In this document: positions 15,721 to 30,348 of the stretch, piece after piece
Layout: the number at the start of each line of letters is the position of its first letter
How positions within the stretch are numbered: position 1 is the stretch's first letter
NCBI RefSeq assembly: GCF_963506605.1
Contig: NC_083288.1
Coordinates: 36,766,001 to 36,830,000, forward strand
Length of the DNA: 64,000 bases
Source: Zootoca vivipara
Lineage: Eukaryota
Direction: 5' to 3'
Position numbers and translations under genes: made by a program
Notes under the pieces: generated by a model
The model's database searches: none
The model's input: the letters and a program-made list of their open reading frames with translations, nothing else
Told to the model about the DNA's origin: nothing

Positions 15721-17574
15721 AGGGCCAAGTTTGGGGACGCCTGATTTAGCTTCTCTGCAGCCTCCTTTTAACAGCAGCAATGAAGGTTGTGAGGTACCCC
15801 TTAGGGTGTTTTGGGGGGGGTGTTGCATCCCTTTATTACCTGCTTGTGTTTCTTTTGCCAAAGTTTATGTTCCTTTTTGTGTTCTCATTTGGACAAGGCT
15901 TCTGTTTTCAAATGGAGGCTTCTTGCCTCTAACAGCCTCCTTGCCTCTGCTCATCAGCCACTGCTTGGACTTTCTTGCTGCGGGGACATTATAGGTGCAA
16001 AGCAGGGATGGAGAACCTGAAGGCCATATGCCCTTTTGGACACCTTTCCAGCTACCACACGCCTGTGGTAGGTGGAGAAATATAATTTTTCCCCTTTTGT
16101 ACTGTAGATTGGCTTCTACACACGCCCCTCTTTATCCTCCACCCAGACACCAGAGTTCAAGAACACATTCCAGCCACAAACACTGAAGGAGAGTGTGGCT
16201 GAGTAGGGAGCGTGGCCTGAGGAAAGTCCAGAGGGCTGGGTGGAAAGGTCTGGAGCGCCACACTCAGGCCTGATGTTACCCATCCTGGTGTAAAGCATGT
16301 GCCCTACCACTAACTTGTGGCCTATTCCTTCCCCAGGGAGCTCAGAATAGCCAACAAGGTAAGATAGTCATGACAAAATACCAAGTTAGTGCAGTTGGTG
16401 CAGAACAAGCAAAGCAATAGGCAAAGAGCTGATTTAAATCCACAAAGGCTGAATTGATTCGCCCAGCTGATTTAAATCCACAAAGGCCTGGCCCTCCTCC
16501 TACCTTCGTCCCATCCCCGCAGCTGCTGGAAACTTTATGTAGGTCCTTTACCCCCTAACAATAAGACAACTACTTAACAGGCTGTTTTCTAATAGGCACC
16601 ACTAATTATTCTCTAGGCAAGCAGGGATTAAACAACAACCCTAGAAAAATTAGCAAAGAGGCAACACCCTAGAATGCTTTGCTGTTACTGGGCAGAGCAA
16701 CCACAGCCTCAGTTCTGGATTGTTGTGCTGTGGAAATGTATTTAGAACCAAAAACAAGCTTGTTTTAGAATGGCAAATTCTGTGCCCAGCGCAGGAAAGC
16801 AAAGCCCTGCCTGAAAAGTAGAGGTGTGGTATGGAAAGGGGTGAGAAGCCTTTCATGCTGCAAGGTTACAAAAAGCAGGCTCCTGCACAAATAATCAATA
16901 TGGAGTGTTTCCTTAGAAAGTACTACACTCTCCCAACCCAGAAAGATCACAAACAGAGACTCCAAAGGTGTTGTTCTATTTTTTCCAAAAATGTACAGGT
17001 TACAGACAAAGAAGTTCCATGCTCCCACTGTCAAAACAGACACCCCATAAATCCTACGGTATATGTCTCTCCCCACACTCAAGGCATCCTGAAACCAGCA
17101 TGAATTTAGAGTTTTTTTCTAGACTGCAGAGATAAAACATGGCATCTATACATCAAGTCTTCCTCGACTGTGCAGGCTAGGGTTCATGGGAGCTGTCCAA
17201 AACATCTGGAGGTTATCAGGTTAGCGAAGAGTGTCCTACATGTAGCAAACATAGGGCCAGATCTAATTTATCCTCCAGCGAATTACATCTCCCTCCTGCC
17301 TGCCAACCCCCTAGTCCCTGCAATTGTCTCACCTATGGAATCAACCAGTCACTTCTCTCTCATGGGAGAAAAAGTGTCTTATTCTTTAATAACTATTGCT
17401 TTTTCCTACCACACTAAAAAAAAACCCACACACATCTGAAAGTCAGACACCATGAGAAAAGTGTGGTTCCCTTAATGAGCCACTCATTTCCACAGTAAGA
17501 AATGGAATCAGTTACCTTCAGGTCCCCCAAAGTTGCCAGTCCTGCACTCACAGTTCCATCTAACTGCAAAGCTA

Positions 17575-17580
17575 TTTATT
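17575..17580 (-). terminator. Candidate polyadenylation signal (AATAAA) for PRPF31
   Basis: TTTATT on the + strand about 760 nt downstream of the PRPF31 stop. Confidence 0.5.
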
Positions 17581-18336
17581 CTACCAGCCAAGCACATTCA
17601 TACATAGATATAACCTCCTGCAGAACGTGAGCATAGAGCATTTTGAAATTTCAGTTCCTGCCAAATGACAGCACACACACAGAGCACAGTCCTTTTACGG
17701 GACAAACTTGAATCTACTTGTATGGGGAGAAAGATACACACACTATAACCAGTAAATCTGTTGTTTAGTTCCAGATCGTGAAACAGGACGAAGGGTTAGT
17801 AACTCCTAAACCAACACAGCAAGGGAGAAACGCTCTGGTACTATCCCAAATCATTACTTGTATTCATGCTGGTATTTTTACCACCTCAGTTTCATTTAAA
17901 ACTTGGGCTAACGGTGAAGAGGATCGTACCCAAGATGATCTAAAGCCGTGGTTGGGATGTTGTAAGTTCATTCAAGTTACTCCTTTAAGCTAACCACTCC
18001 ATGCCGTTATAAACAGCTCTGCTTCTGAATACTGCATGAGACCAGGGAAGAGGACTCAATCTTCTCTACTGCATGCTTCCCCCTGCCGCACCCCCCCCCC
18101 CCACGCCGCCAGAATACTAGGCTCCCTGACAATGACGTTTCTCAAGAAATAAAAGCAGGGTAGGGAGAGAACCACAAGGTACCACTTGGGCCCGGGAGAA
18201 TAGAGAGTTCTGAAGTGCCAGGCCATCTTTGGAACTCCGACAAAGGCCCGTTTTCTGTGCAAAGGCACCTCTTCTTGAATTTGGTCCATGGTTCAAACTG
18301 CTAGTCAAAGGGGGGGCAGTGTCCATGGCAAGAGGG

Positions 18337-21300
18337 CTATGTGGTGGACATGATGCCACTTTTCTCGCTCTTCACCTTCAAGAATTCAGCCATGCTGGAG
18401 AAGTATTTCTGGTTTGCTTCGGCTACCTTCTTCTCAGCCGCCTGAGGGTTCACAATCTCCAGACCCTGGAAACAAGAGGAGGGGGGAGGTGAATGTGAGA
18501 GAGGGAGGCTATTTTTTAAAAAATGCAGAGTCCAGAGATCTTGCTGCCTCTAGAAAGTAGATGTGCTGAATTACAACACCCGCCCTCCAAATCTCCAGCT
18601 CCTATGCCTTGGACAGAAGTAAATTGCTTGCTGCACTCCTAGTTGGTGGAACACTTTCCCAACAGAAACCTGCCTGGCACCATTGTTTTATTTTTTTAAG
18701 TGCAAGGCAAAAAACATTGTTATTTACCCAGCCTTCAGTTTTTCACTGGGAGGGTAGTTAGCTAAGTCGAGAGCCATTTTTGCACTCATTCATGGGGTGG
18801 GTACGATTTCTTCCTTGAAATAAATTTACAGTACTGTATTTAATTTTTTCTGCATTGCTGTTTTTATATCTGGCTTTAAAGTCTTGGTCCTTTCTATTTA
18901 TACTGAGACACCTTAGTGTAAAAATACACCAATGTTGTTGTTGTTGTTATTGTTATACAGTAACAACAACCAATATTGCACACATGAGCTTATCTTTCAT
19001 CCTCAAGTGCTGCAAGCAGAACAGTGAAGGTGGGGAGACAGAGAGTGGGAGTAATAATAATAATAATAATAATTTATTATTTATACCCCGCCCATCTGGC
19101 CGGGTTCCCCCAGCCACTCTGGGCGGCTTCCAACAAAATATTAAAATACAGAAATCCATCAAACATTAAAAGCTTCCCTAAACAGGGCTGCCTTGAGATG
19201 CCTTCTAAAGGTCTGGTAGTTGTTATTCTCTTTGACCTCTGGTGGGAGGGCATTCCACAGGGTGGGTGCCACTACCGAGAAGGCCCTCTGCCTGGTTCCC
19301 TGTAACTTGGCTTCTCGTAGCGAGGGAACCGCCAGAAGGCCCTCGGCACTGGACCTCAGTGTCCGGGCAGAGTTATTAGTGTTTCAGCCAAGAAAAATGT
19401 ATTATAGCATTCTATAACCCTCATTAAAAAAAATAAAAGCTATAGCAAACAAAAAAGTATTTAAGAACCAAAGAACCCTGCTGGATCAGAGGAAAGAAAC
19501 ATAGCCCAACATCCTGTTCCCAGTGTAGCCATCCCAATGCTCCTCTTGGAAGCCCCAAGCAGGACCTGAGCACCACTCCCCACAAAGGCTCTTCTTTCAC
19601 CCACTGGACTTCTCAGCATCCTTGCCAAGCACACACTCAATTCTCCAAAAACCCCTCCTTCAAAGACGTCAATGCCACTTACAGGTTATTCAAGGAATGC
19701 AAAGCCAAGCGCGGTGCTTACCTGCAGCGGAGTGAAGGCCACGCTGGACGCAGTGCCTGAGGAGCGGTCCCGGATGGTGGACTTCCCTCCATACACCATG
19801 CTCTGCTTCTGGAGAGTGCGCTGGTTGGGAGGACAAATGCAAAAAAAGCATGGGTGTTAGGCCTTTCGTAGAGGAGGCGGTGAAAATAGAGGGAAGTGAT
19901 GCTAAAGCACGGGGCAGGGGGACGACCGAATGGCTGGCTGTCCAAAGGCATGCCCTTCGTTTGTTACCTTCCCTAGTACCAAAAAGCCTGTCAAACGCAT
20001 GTAACACTCATATCCTGCCCTCCCTGTCTTGGTAGCCGCTCCAGTAGCCCTGGCACATTCTTTCTCCAACCACAGACAAAACCTAGCATGGCGCCCTTCA
20101 CCTTAACATTAACATTAAAAAGCCACTTGGAACATGGGGAATTGCCTACCGTTATCAGAGACTAATGGCCAGCAATGTGACCATAAAATTAGTCTAATTC
20201 TGTGCCTGTTGACGCTCTCAAGGGCTGCTCCACACGGAGCTTGTTGGCCTGGGAGTATTGTCCTGAGCGCTTTGAGTAACAATAGGACATACATGCTCAG
20301 CATAATTACACTGCAGTAATGTTCTGATCTGGTTGCTCAGTGTAGCTGTTTGCCAAAACCTCAAGAGGACAACATGATGATGCCTTCAGGAATGAACAGC
20401 CCCTGCCCAAGTTCAGAGCTTTGAAATGCAGCCTCGGTGGACCCAGTCATAAGATGATTTACAGCTCCCAGCACTCCACATCCAGTCCCCATTTCCTTAC
20501 TTGCAGCGTCTTTGAGATGCGTGCCTTCGTGGCCTCGTTGACTTGCGTCTGCCGGACCCGGCCACTGCCTGACTTCCCCAGGTGGCCCAGACTGAAACCA
20601 AGGTCTTCCTGGTAAGCATCTTCTTCAATCTAGCAAAGGTGTGGAGAGAAGCAGCGTAGCACAGAGAAGAAAAGGCCAAGTTTGGATTAGATAGTACAGG
20701 ACCGATGACCAAGTTGACAGTTTCAATGAGAATGCATCCCCTTCCCTTTTGAATTATTTTTTTGCCCAAGTGACTCAATAAGGGACAACAGGTGCTTTTG
20801 GAATTTCCTTTTTTATTTTTAGCCTATAGATGCAAAAGACAGCCCCACCACTAATCCTGCAATCTAGGAAGAGGCAAATTGGTCCCTATATTTATATCCA
20901 AACTTTCTTCCAAGGTGGTCAAGTTGACATAAATAGTTCCCTCCCTCCATCCTCACTATATTCCCACAGCAAGCCTGTTGTAGGGTGATCGGCACAAGGT
21001 CATCTGGTGCACTTCATGGCTGAGTGAGGATTTGAATCCTGGCCTGAGTTCAGCACTCTGATCCCTACACGAGAGCGACTTTCCCTGGGCACAAAGGTAA
21101 TTGTGTGCCAAGGTGAGCCTCCCTGAAATGGCCTGGGTTGGGTCCATAGCTGCAAAGTTATCCATTTTTTTAAGGGATTTTCCCTTATGCTGAATAGGCT
21201 TCCTCGCGAGAAAAGGGAAAACTTGGCAGCTATGGTTGGGTCACATGCAAGTACATCCGAAGCAGAGGGGACAGAAAACTTACTAGTCAAAGCTATAAAT

Positions 21301-24300
21301 ACATCTAGTTAACTGTCCATTCTATCAGCCTTCTCAGAACCACTTCTCAACCTATTTACCTAATTTAAATTAAATTTATCTAATTTAATCTGTGCACACA
21401 CAGGAGAAGTGTGAAGCCCACATGTAGCCATATAACACATAACCACCACCCAAACTTAAATATTCCTGCATGTAGATGTGGGCAGACGTGCAGCTTCTGG
21501 ACACAGCAAAATGCACATATGGCTTGTCAAGTTTAATGGTTTGTATTACTTGCAAGTGCTTACTTTTCGTAAAACGTAAAGCAACCCCCCGGAGATCCCT
21601 GCCCCGCAAAAGATTTCTGTTACTTCCCCCATCCCATTGCACCAGTTAAAAAGGCACAGTTGGGGAACACAGTCTGAACCGAGTCCAAAACTCCTGGTTT
21701 CTACTCCTGCCCTCCTGAAGGATTAGACAGTCCCCAACACCCAAAGACCAAGAGAAATCCTGCCCAAGGAGACTATGCAGGGACTCCTTACCTCTCCAAA
21801 GCTCATCCGGTTTGCCTGCTTCCGGATTTCTGTTAGACCGAGACGCTCCTTCATCTTGCGATATCTGAAGGAGCAAGGAAAAGCATGTTTAAGATTGGCA
21901 GCTGAGAAATGAATGATGCCAGGACAGAGTGTTGCTGCCAAGAATGAAAGCAGTGTTTGGCATAAAAACAAATTCAGGCAGGGGACAAAGGGCTGATATG
22001 CCAGGATTCTTGGTTCATCTCAATGAGACATGCAAGTTTATGGAATTCTGAAACAACCTGACCTGACACTCTCCCACCTACATTAATGTGGAGATCAAAA
22101 CCTTCTTATACTCCACGCCTCCCACATATTCTGGCACAATTCTGGGCTCAAGAAACATACCAGTGACTGTATTATGAGGAAAAAATAAGTTTTAAAACTA
22201 ATGTTTTGAAAAAGCAAAACGAATTGTTGCATTAAAATCTCTTTTCCATGAAAAAAGAATATTTGATGGAAAAGATAAAATGCCAGTATTCTGGCTTGAT
22301 TTTAACAAGTATGTATATATTAAAAGTAGATCCAGGATTCCTTAATACAGTCGTACCTTGGATCTCAAACACCTTGGCTCCCAAACGATTGAAACCCAAA
22401 GTGAGTGTTCTGGTTTTCAAACAATTTTTGGAAGCCGGATGCCCGGCGCGGATTCCGTGGCTTCCGATTGGGTGCAGGAGCTTCCTGCAGCCAATCAGAA
22501 GCTGTGCTTTGGTTTCTGAACGTTTTAGAAGTCAAACGGACTTCCGGACTGTACTTATTTCCTAGCACACTTACCACCACCCTCCTGGCTGCCTCAGCCA
22601 GCTCAGCCAACTCGCCCTCCCAACCTTCCCCTGCCACAAGACATCTCTTCAATTCTCTCCCCCGCACCTGCGTCCTCCACGTTTCTTCCTTTGTCCATCC
22701 AAGGGTGCTGGCAGTGGCTTCACCTGCTTGACAGGAGGTGGCTCTTGCCACTTGTCAAATTTCCTTTCGATTTCCTCCTTGAGGTCATAGCCAACCTGAA
22801 TGGTAGCAGAAGAATAGAAGAGCAAAAAGTGCTTACAAAGCAGCCACCCCCTTGGAGCCCTCCTTTATGCCTCTCACACCAGGCACTCCCCCAGGATCCC
22901 AGAGCTTTTGCCTTGTACCACATACCTTCCCTTCAGAGCTCTCGTGAAAGCTGTCCACACGCGCTGCCAGCGTGCATTTTGCTGATACCAAGCGAGCTGC
23001 CTTCCTTCGCAAGTCCTGCAAGGAGGGAATCAAAGGCACATGTTGGCTGGTTGCTGTTAGGAAACCCGTGCACCAACTCAACAGAGAAAGGAGGAAGGGC
23101 AAACTCACAAACACACACACACACCTACCGGAGGCAACGACTGTACAATGTCGCTGTGATAGATGTAGCCAGTGTGAGGCAGCACCGAAGTGCTGGAAAA
23201 TCCAGACAGAGTCTTCCTCTGGGCCCCCAGAAGCATGATGTTGCAGGCTGGCATCTTGGAGAGGTTTGTGAGGCCACCGGCAATGCCTAGAGAGAAGGGA
23301 AGGCAAAATGGAATGAATGCTAATTGTGGGACCAAGAGCCAAGGTGGTTCGGGGTTTTTGATCAGCCAACCCTTGGTTTCTCAACTCTCCCTGGCCTGTT
23401 GGGATTTGCAAAAAAAGTTCCTCTCCTTGTGTGCAAGGAGAGCTCTTTGCTGTCCCTGACAACAGAGACCTGCCACAACTGATCATAGATCAACAACATG
23501 ACAGATGCTGCTAAATTTCTTGGACCATTTAATTAATGGCTTCAAGTTTATGATTTTTTTTATGTTAGCACGATTTTGTTTATGATTTTTTATGTTAGCA
23601 CTATTTTGTGAAATACTTTGGCAGCCTTTGCGTTTGGAAAGATGAACTGTAAAAATTAAATAATTTTCATATAGTAGCCAATCAGGATGGGTGTTCAACC
23701 CTTTCAGAGGGAAGACTTTACATTCCTTTCGGAGACTAGGGGCTTTCGTGTCCCTTTCTGCCAACTAAATTACACTAGAATAGACCCATTTAGATTAAAG
23801 GACTTAAGCTAGTCACATCCGTCAATTTCAATGAATCTGCTCCAATTCTGATACAATCCCAAGTTTTCATATTCTAATACGCAAGGAGCCAAACCCACAG
23901 AGCTCCATTGAGAGTCTCACCCATTATTTTAGCAGCAGTGGAGGCTCCCACAATGATGGACAAGTTGGGGGCGATGAAGGACATGCGGGACTCCACATAC
24001 TCGTAGATGCGGTGTTTAGACTGGTTCAGCTCCAGGGCCATGTCACAGGCCTCCTCAATGCGCTCCAATTCTTCCTCGGTTAACTGTTGCCTGCAACAGG
24101 AGTGAGGCGACACTTGAGGCCGAGATACATAGGTCTGGTTCACTATATCCGCACCATCGCTCCATGTGGTAAAGCCCAGAGCGTGGCATTTGTTTCAGAG
24201 CTCTCAGGACGTGCCTATATGCTAATATTCTATCTCTGAGCATGGATCCTTATGTAGCCGAAAATGGCACCATCCACACACACAAGATGGAGATGTCTGT

Positions 24301-27300
24301 AGATGTTGAGAACTCCATGGTTTGCAGTCATACAGCAAAATTGTTAGAAAGCCCAAAGGCAGGGGAGCCCCCAAACCAGCCCTATAAACACTGAGCAAGC
24401 TGAATGGTCATGGAGTGGCTGGCTAACAGTTGAGGACAGGGAACAGATGGCTGGAAACCTGAATGGGAGCAATTCGCACTGCAATGTTTTGCTGCAGGTC
24501 GCCCTTGCGTATTTTGATTTGCGACCCCACACCCTATCTCCACCAGCATATGTAAGCCGTGAGTCATCAGAAAGTTAACTCATACCATTTATCATGTGAT
24601 CTGGCAGGTGCCTCCTGTCTCTTCATATGATAAGATAGACCAGGCATCCCCAAACTTCGGCCCTCCAGATGTTTTGGACTACAATTCCTATCATCCCTTA
24701 CCACTGGTCCTGTTAGCTAGGGATCATGGGAGTTGTAGGCCAAAACATCTGGAGGGCCGCAGTTTGGGGATGCCTGAGATAGATAGACAGTAATTGTCTG
24801 AAGGCCACTCTCGGGACAACCAAGCAGTGACCTAAAAGCCACACTCTTTCATCTGAAATCTATTCTCTGTGCTAAAATCCCATAAAGGGAAAACTGCCAT
24901 GATTCTGGGCCTGCTCTATAGATAGTGGAACAAAGTGGTACAGTAGACTGTAGTACTCCATACTGCCAGAGATAAGATATTACAGTGGTACCTCGGTTTA
25001 CAAACAGTCCCATTTACGAATGCCTCCGTTTACAAACGCCGCAGACCCGGAAGTGTTTACATCCGGGTTTTGCGACGTCGGATGCGCAGACGCGATCTGC
25101 GCAGCGCGTGCGCAGAAGCGCTCTATCAGCGCTTTGTGCATACGCAGAAGCATACCTTCGGGGAGCGAATGCCTCCGTTTACGAACGCCTCCATGGAACG
25201 GATCGCGTTTGTAAACCGAGGTTCCACTGTATTTTTGAATGCTCCCCTATACATAAAGAGAAATCTCCTGTAAAGGGAGGAAAAAGCACTAGCACACCAA
25301 GGGAGAAAGGGCTAAGCTAGATACTCTCCCTTCAACATAGGAGTATTCTTCTTACAGGGAATTTTGGAAAGCAATTCCCTCACCTGCAGCCTGGAACGGT
25401 ACAGTCCACCTTACACCCTTCAGCACCATTTGCAAATTCAGTCTATATCCCTCTCCCAGTCCAGATGCCCACCAATCTCCCATGCCCTCCCTAAAAAAAA
25501 CCCTTTCCCTATGCAGAGCCTTACCCCTGGGTAGTGGATGCGGTGACACTGACCACCATGATTGTAGCATTGGTGAGGATCTGTTGAAGATTCTCATTGT
25601 TCTTGCATTTGTCCAAGCTGTTCCCTAGTTCCTGCAAGGTTCATACATTTTAAAACAGAAGTTAGCCCTTGAAGAAGACAGAAAGCACATCCCCGGAAAG
25701 CACATGCTGAGGTGGGAGGCACAGTAACCATGTTTAACTGACGCTCCAAGCTTATTTAGAGAATTCTGGTGTCAGTGCCAGGTTTTGTTTGTTACTGAGA
25801 AGGACCAAGGCTGCTCGAGGGTCAGTTCTAATTTGCATCAGCAACTATAGGAACAATTTGTGGATCACATGAATATTATTTTCCTCCAAGGGTGGAATAT
25901 TTGGGGATCTTCCCCCAGCCCTCCACACACACAGTCCTCATTTTTCCTAATCTGGAAGCTAGTTTAAGACTGAGAAATAACGACTTCTCAAAAGCAACCA
26001 TGTGAACTTCCCAGCAGGATAAATATTTGAGCATAGCTCATCTGCTAGCTCTACCCACCACACCTATTAGGTTCAAGGTTGATTATGACAAAATTAAAAC
26101 CATGAATTAACTGTGGACCTTAAGAATACTCAAGAGATTTTCAGTCACCGTGGTTTTGTGAACAGTCGGTATTACTGTGTGTTTACTTATGTCTTATCTG
26201 AGTTGCAATCTGAATAGCCATTTGAGCTATTGAGCACCTCCACTAAATAAGTGGCAAAAGTTATATGAAGGTTGGGTTAGTCATCAATGCAAATGTAAAA
26301 ATTGACTTTGTGAAGCTGAAGACAAACAGACAGACACAATACCTTGACAGTCCGGATGTAGTCCAGTGCATTTGGAACAAGGGATTCTAGTTCAGGAAAT
26401 CGCTTGGAGTACTTGTCTCGAATGAACTTGTGAATAATATCTGGAAAGAGAGAGGCAAAGACGACCTTTACAAAACAGACAGAAATGCAGAGCGTCATTG
26501 CACTAGCGAGAATAAAAGCAGGCCTCCCAGAATATACTAGCTCAGAGACGTTTTAATGCTGAGCCGTATAGCTTGCTCAGAGATTGGCCAACCTGAACCT
26601 TTTCTCCAGCCCAAGAAAGAAAGTGCTCTTATCAAAACAGTCCCTGTTCTTCTACTGTGACACCAACATACAAATGTCCTTTGTATCCCAAAACTCCTGT
26701 GAAGGTTTGTCTGGCCAGTGTTTGCCCTTCTGTTTACTAGATTGCACCCCCTGCTCCAATGAAGCCAGCCTTTCCCAATCTCACTACTTCACTAACTCAT
26801 CATAGCAGCGACTGTATTGTTTTCAAAGCCTTCTCAACCTCCCTCACCCCAAAGCAAGTGACTAAGGTTTGCACTTACTTAGCTCGTTCTCAATCTCCAC
26901 TGTGAGGTTATTGGCATCCACAATGACTCTATATTCAGGAGCAGCCTCTACTGGACCTAGAACTAATAAGATAGGAAAGTGCAAAGTCAAAATCCATACA
27001 GGGCACCTCACTATGAGGTAACAGGGAGATGGACATATGGGTACATTAGCTCTGTACTGCAGGACAAGGAAGTCCTGTACTCTATACTGCAGGAATCAGA
27101 TTGGGTGATGTGCGCATACACATCTTTTGGGTGACCTCTTTTCCAAAGGAAATATCCGCCAGAGACTCTCAGTACCTTCAGATGCTTTGGGCTGTTTGCT
27201 GATGTATTCCTCAATCTTCAGCAGGATTTCAGCAAACTGCACAGGAGAAAAAACAAAAAGTTGAGTCTTACTTTTTGAAGAGGGCACCCTTAAAGGGTTT

Positions 27301-27602
27301 ACTTCCCCAGACTACACCCAAAAAGGAAAAGGCAGTTTATAGAACCAGTGGACCCCAAGTTCAACACTATTTTGAAAACCATCACTTCTATACATATTGG
27401 CCCAGCAGCCAAGCTCATTTTCTCTCACCGTCTTACTGTCCCAAAGCTTGGCAATACTCTTGACTGAATCAGTTGCCAGATCCACTTGCATTTCCTCCTG
27501 GACATCCTCAATGGGAGGCTCATCCTCTTCATCTGCAAAGCTGCCATCCTCTTCTTCTGCTGCCTCTTCGAGGTCAGCTAAAAGCTCATCTGCCAAAGAC
27601 AT
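18337..27602 (-). CDS. PRPF31: U4/U6 snRNP protein Prp31; coding exons 27429-27602, 27176-27236, 26879-26962, 26343-26440, 25525-25631, 23921-24090, 23129-23286, 22926-23015, 22668-22795, 21792-21864, 20501-20629, 19722-19820, 18337-18465
   Basis: Spliced ORF of 1500 nt = 499 aa: MSLADELLADLEE...IIHKFIRDKYSKRFPELESLV...IAPNLSIIVGASTAAKIM...YRKMKERLGLTEIRKQANRMSFGE...GLEIVNPQAAEKKVAEANQKYFS...IMSTT*. All introns are GT-AG and phase-consistent. Confidence 0.98.
19052..19370 (-). mobile_element. 3' end of an L2-type LINE in the last PRPF31 intron
   Basis: Reverse complement of the 8600-8944 family with a (TAA)n tail. Confidence 0.85.
22348..22551. mobile_element. Tc1/mariner-type MITE (partly deleted)
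   Basis: TA|CAGTCGTACCTTGG...GACTG|TA; internal sequence resembles the 45481-46090 element. Confidence 0.7.
24641..24776. mobile_element. hAT MITE
   Basis: CAGGCATCCCCAAACT...AGTTTGGGGATGCCTG TIRs with 8-bp TSD agatagac/agatagat. Confidence 0.85.
24983..25229. mobile_element. Tc1/mariner (Tigger-like) MITE
   Basis: TA|CAGTGGTACCTCGGTTTACAAAC...GTTTGTAAACCGAGGTTCCACTG|TA. Confidence 0.85.
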
Positions 27603-28911
27603 GATGGATCAGCCTGCAAAGGAGAAAAAGGGAGGGACACAGGAGAAAACCATAATAAGTGACATAAATATCCAGAGTCTTATTAATCTGTTATTTTACG
27701 CAGTGCAAGACCAGGAGCAATTATAACCACTATCTAACCCAAGGGTGGCCAACACAGTGCCCTCCAAAGTTTGCAGACTGTAACTCCAATCATTCCCACC
27801 CATTAGCGAAGCTGGCTGGGGCTGAAGGCAGATGGAGTCCAACAGACTGCTGGAGGCCACCACACTGATCTAATACAACACTTATGAGGTAGCAGCAACC
27901 CCCAGAAAGCCACACACAGTTGCTAGACACCCATCAACACAAGATCCAGATCCACTGTGCCCCTCAGTTCAAATGTGTCCTTTCCTTAGCCCCCTCTCCA
28001 AAAACACCTCTCCCTTTCCACAAATACAAGTGCCCCTGTTGGAACCCCCTTCAAGTTAAGAGGCCTCCAGTTAGCTCTTCAATTTCCAATTCACCCACCT
28101 TTTGCCTTATAGAGATTTAAAAAATAAACCCGATTCAGATTTCTGCATAATTTCATAATAAGCATAAATACTGAGATACCATGTCAGTCACCAAAATTAT
28201 TCCCTCCAAGTATCTCAGCCCAATCATCCAAGTTTCTAATTTATGTCACTTCAAGGGCTACATTGCCTTTGCCCATATTTCACCACTACCAGGACAAGCT
28301 TCTCTCTGGTTTCAGAAACTCTTACAGTGAAAACTTAACCATGCCTATGCAGAAGTAAATCCTACTGAGTTCAATGGGGCTTACTTCCAGGTAAGTAGGA
28401 CTACAGTCTTATTTATTACCCCATCAACAGAGAGCAAGTCCTGTGGCAAAGGAAGCACATGTCAGAAGTCTTCGTTTCAAGTCTCAGCTCTAATGTGAAC
28501 TTGTGTGGTTGCCTTAAGAAAAAAATCCATCTCAGAGTTCTCATCAGCCAATGTAAACCTACCAGTACTTTGCAGGAATTAGCATAATATTGGAAGCCTA
28601 CTGCAGCATCTATAAAGCTGATAAATTTATTGTGATATACATTAGATACACAGTGAAATGCCTATAATCTGTTAACAAAGTATACATTCTCAAACACGGG
28701 ATACAGACAGAAGAGGCAATGTAGGTATAGCAATAAAAAGTGCCAGAAGGGTCCTCAATGGAAGAAATAGAAGTGTTCCATGACTATGAAGTCCACAAAT
28801 GTAAAACAAGATACTGTCCAAACAGCAAAACATCCAACTGGAAGGAAGAGCAGTGATGTATTCCCAACCGATAAGAGTATGGAAGAGAGTATTAATTTTG
28901 TTATTTCTACT

Positions 28912-28973
28912 GTATTATTATTATTACTACTACTACTACTACTAGTAGTACTAGTACTACTACCACCACCACC
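28912..28973. repeat. Compound (TAT)n(TAC)n(TAG)n(CAC)n microsatellite
   Basis: Direct reading. Confidence 0.85.
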
Positions 28974-29429
28974 AGGATAGGCCAAACCCAACTGAGAGCC
29001 ACTGTTGTGTAGGGCCTGGGGTTCAGATCCCTGCGAAGCAACCAAGTTACTGGACGACTTGGGGATAGTTGTTGACATTGAGTCTGACCTCCCTCGCGGG
29101 ACTCTGAGCTTCTCAGGGAAAAGGCAGCACAAGTGCAACAAACAAACAAACAAACAAACAAACCAAACATCTCCACCTTTTCTGCAGCCACCGAGAAACC
29201 TCAATCTACAGCACAATCCTCACCGCGTTTGCGCAGGAGGAAGTCCTATTGAATTCTATGGTGCTTACTCCAAGGTAAACGTGGTTAGGTTTGCAGCAAT
29301 AGTCTCTCTCTCTCTCTACCCGCCCCCAAACCTTACACTTCTCTTTACCTCTTAGGAAGCCAAAGGCCAGGGCTCCTTTTTGGTTGCTCCCCAGTTAACC
29401 TCTCCCTCCCTCCTTCCTTCCCTCCTCAC

Positions 29430-30348
29430 CTTCTTTTTCTTTCTTCCACTCCTCCGCTGCACAAACGAACTCCTCACGTTCCCTCTTTCAGTCTCACAAA
29501 AAGTACGTCATGCACCGGGCGCCCTTGGTGTCGTCAAAAACGAGCGCCTTCGCTCTGCCGGGCACTAAAACGGATAGAGATAGAGAAAAAGGAGAGATCA
29601 TGAAGAGAGTTCGCGTTCGGCTTCAGCCCAAGTGCCGCCATATGCGTGGCACCAACCTTGGCCAGAGTTGGGGTGCCGTTCTAGGGTATATCTCTAGAGC
29701 ATTGCCTATTATGCGTCATCTCTTCGCACTGGGTGACCCACGCATATGCCAAGGGGAGCCGGAAGTGTCTTTAGAGTTTTGGGTCAATTTCCTTTGAAAT
29801 ACTATTCATGGCAGCACCCCAACCGTAGGTTTCTAATACGCTATACTGAACTATGTCACCTGTCACGTGCGCTTCCCTCAGTTTTTCATAATTTTTTCTC
29901 TGACTTACCTATTGGTCATAGAGTTAAGAGAAAGTCAAAGAAAGAATCACCAACGGCAGCTATCGATTTTTACCGGAAGTTTAGACTGTGAGTTGCTCTA
30001 TATTTCCTATCTCTAAGGCCACGACGCATCCAAACGCGTGATGACGCAACCGTACTTCACCGCGCCAAGCGATCGTGTCCTCGACCGGGGAGACGGCGAC
30101 AGGGACGCGACCACCGTTTACGTTAACATGGCGCGACGAAGCGCTAGGACATTCCACAGTGGGCTCTTTTGCAATACGTAATAAGTGCGCGACACCTTCT
30201 CTTCTGCCCTAGTTCTCTGTAACCGAGGCGTCTCGATAACTCAAACGCTTTTGCTGTGGATTTCCTTACGTCACCGATAAGCGACCGTCCATCCCATTAC
30301 CCTCATTCAAGGGTTGCTCATTTCGCCGAAAGGATCGGAAGGTTTAAG
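29430..30348. promoter_or_regulatory. Bidirectional CpG-rich promoter of PRPF31 (-) and TFPT (+), including the likely non-coding first exons (PRPF31 donor at 29429, TFPT donor at 30349)
   Basis: CpG enrichment, ETS/GABP CCGGAAGT at 29759 and 29973, CRE-like TACGTCA/TGCGTCA/TGACGCA sites, and donors AAG|GTGAGG (-) and AAG|GTACGT (+). The genes are head-to-head. Confidence 0.75.

Noticed and set aside
22691-23486. Overlapping 199-aa (+) and 217-aa (-) ORFs
   Set aside because: These are shadow frames of closely spaced PRPF31 exons and match no family I recognise.
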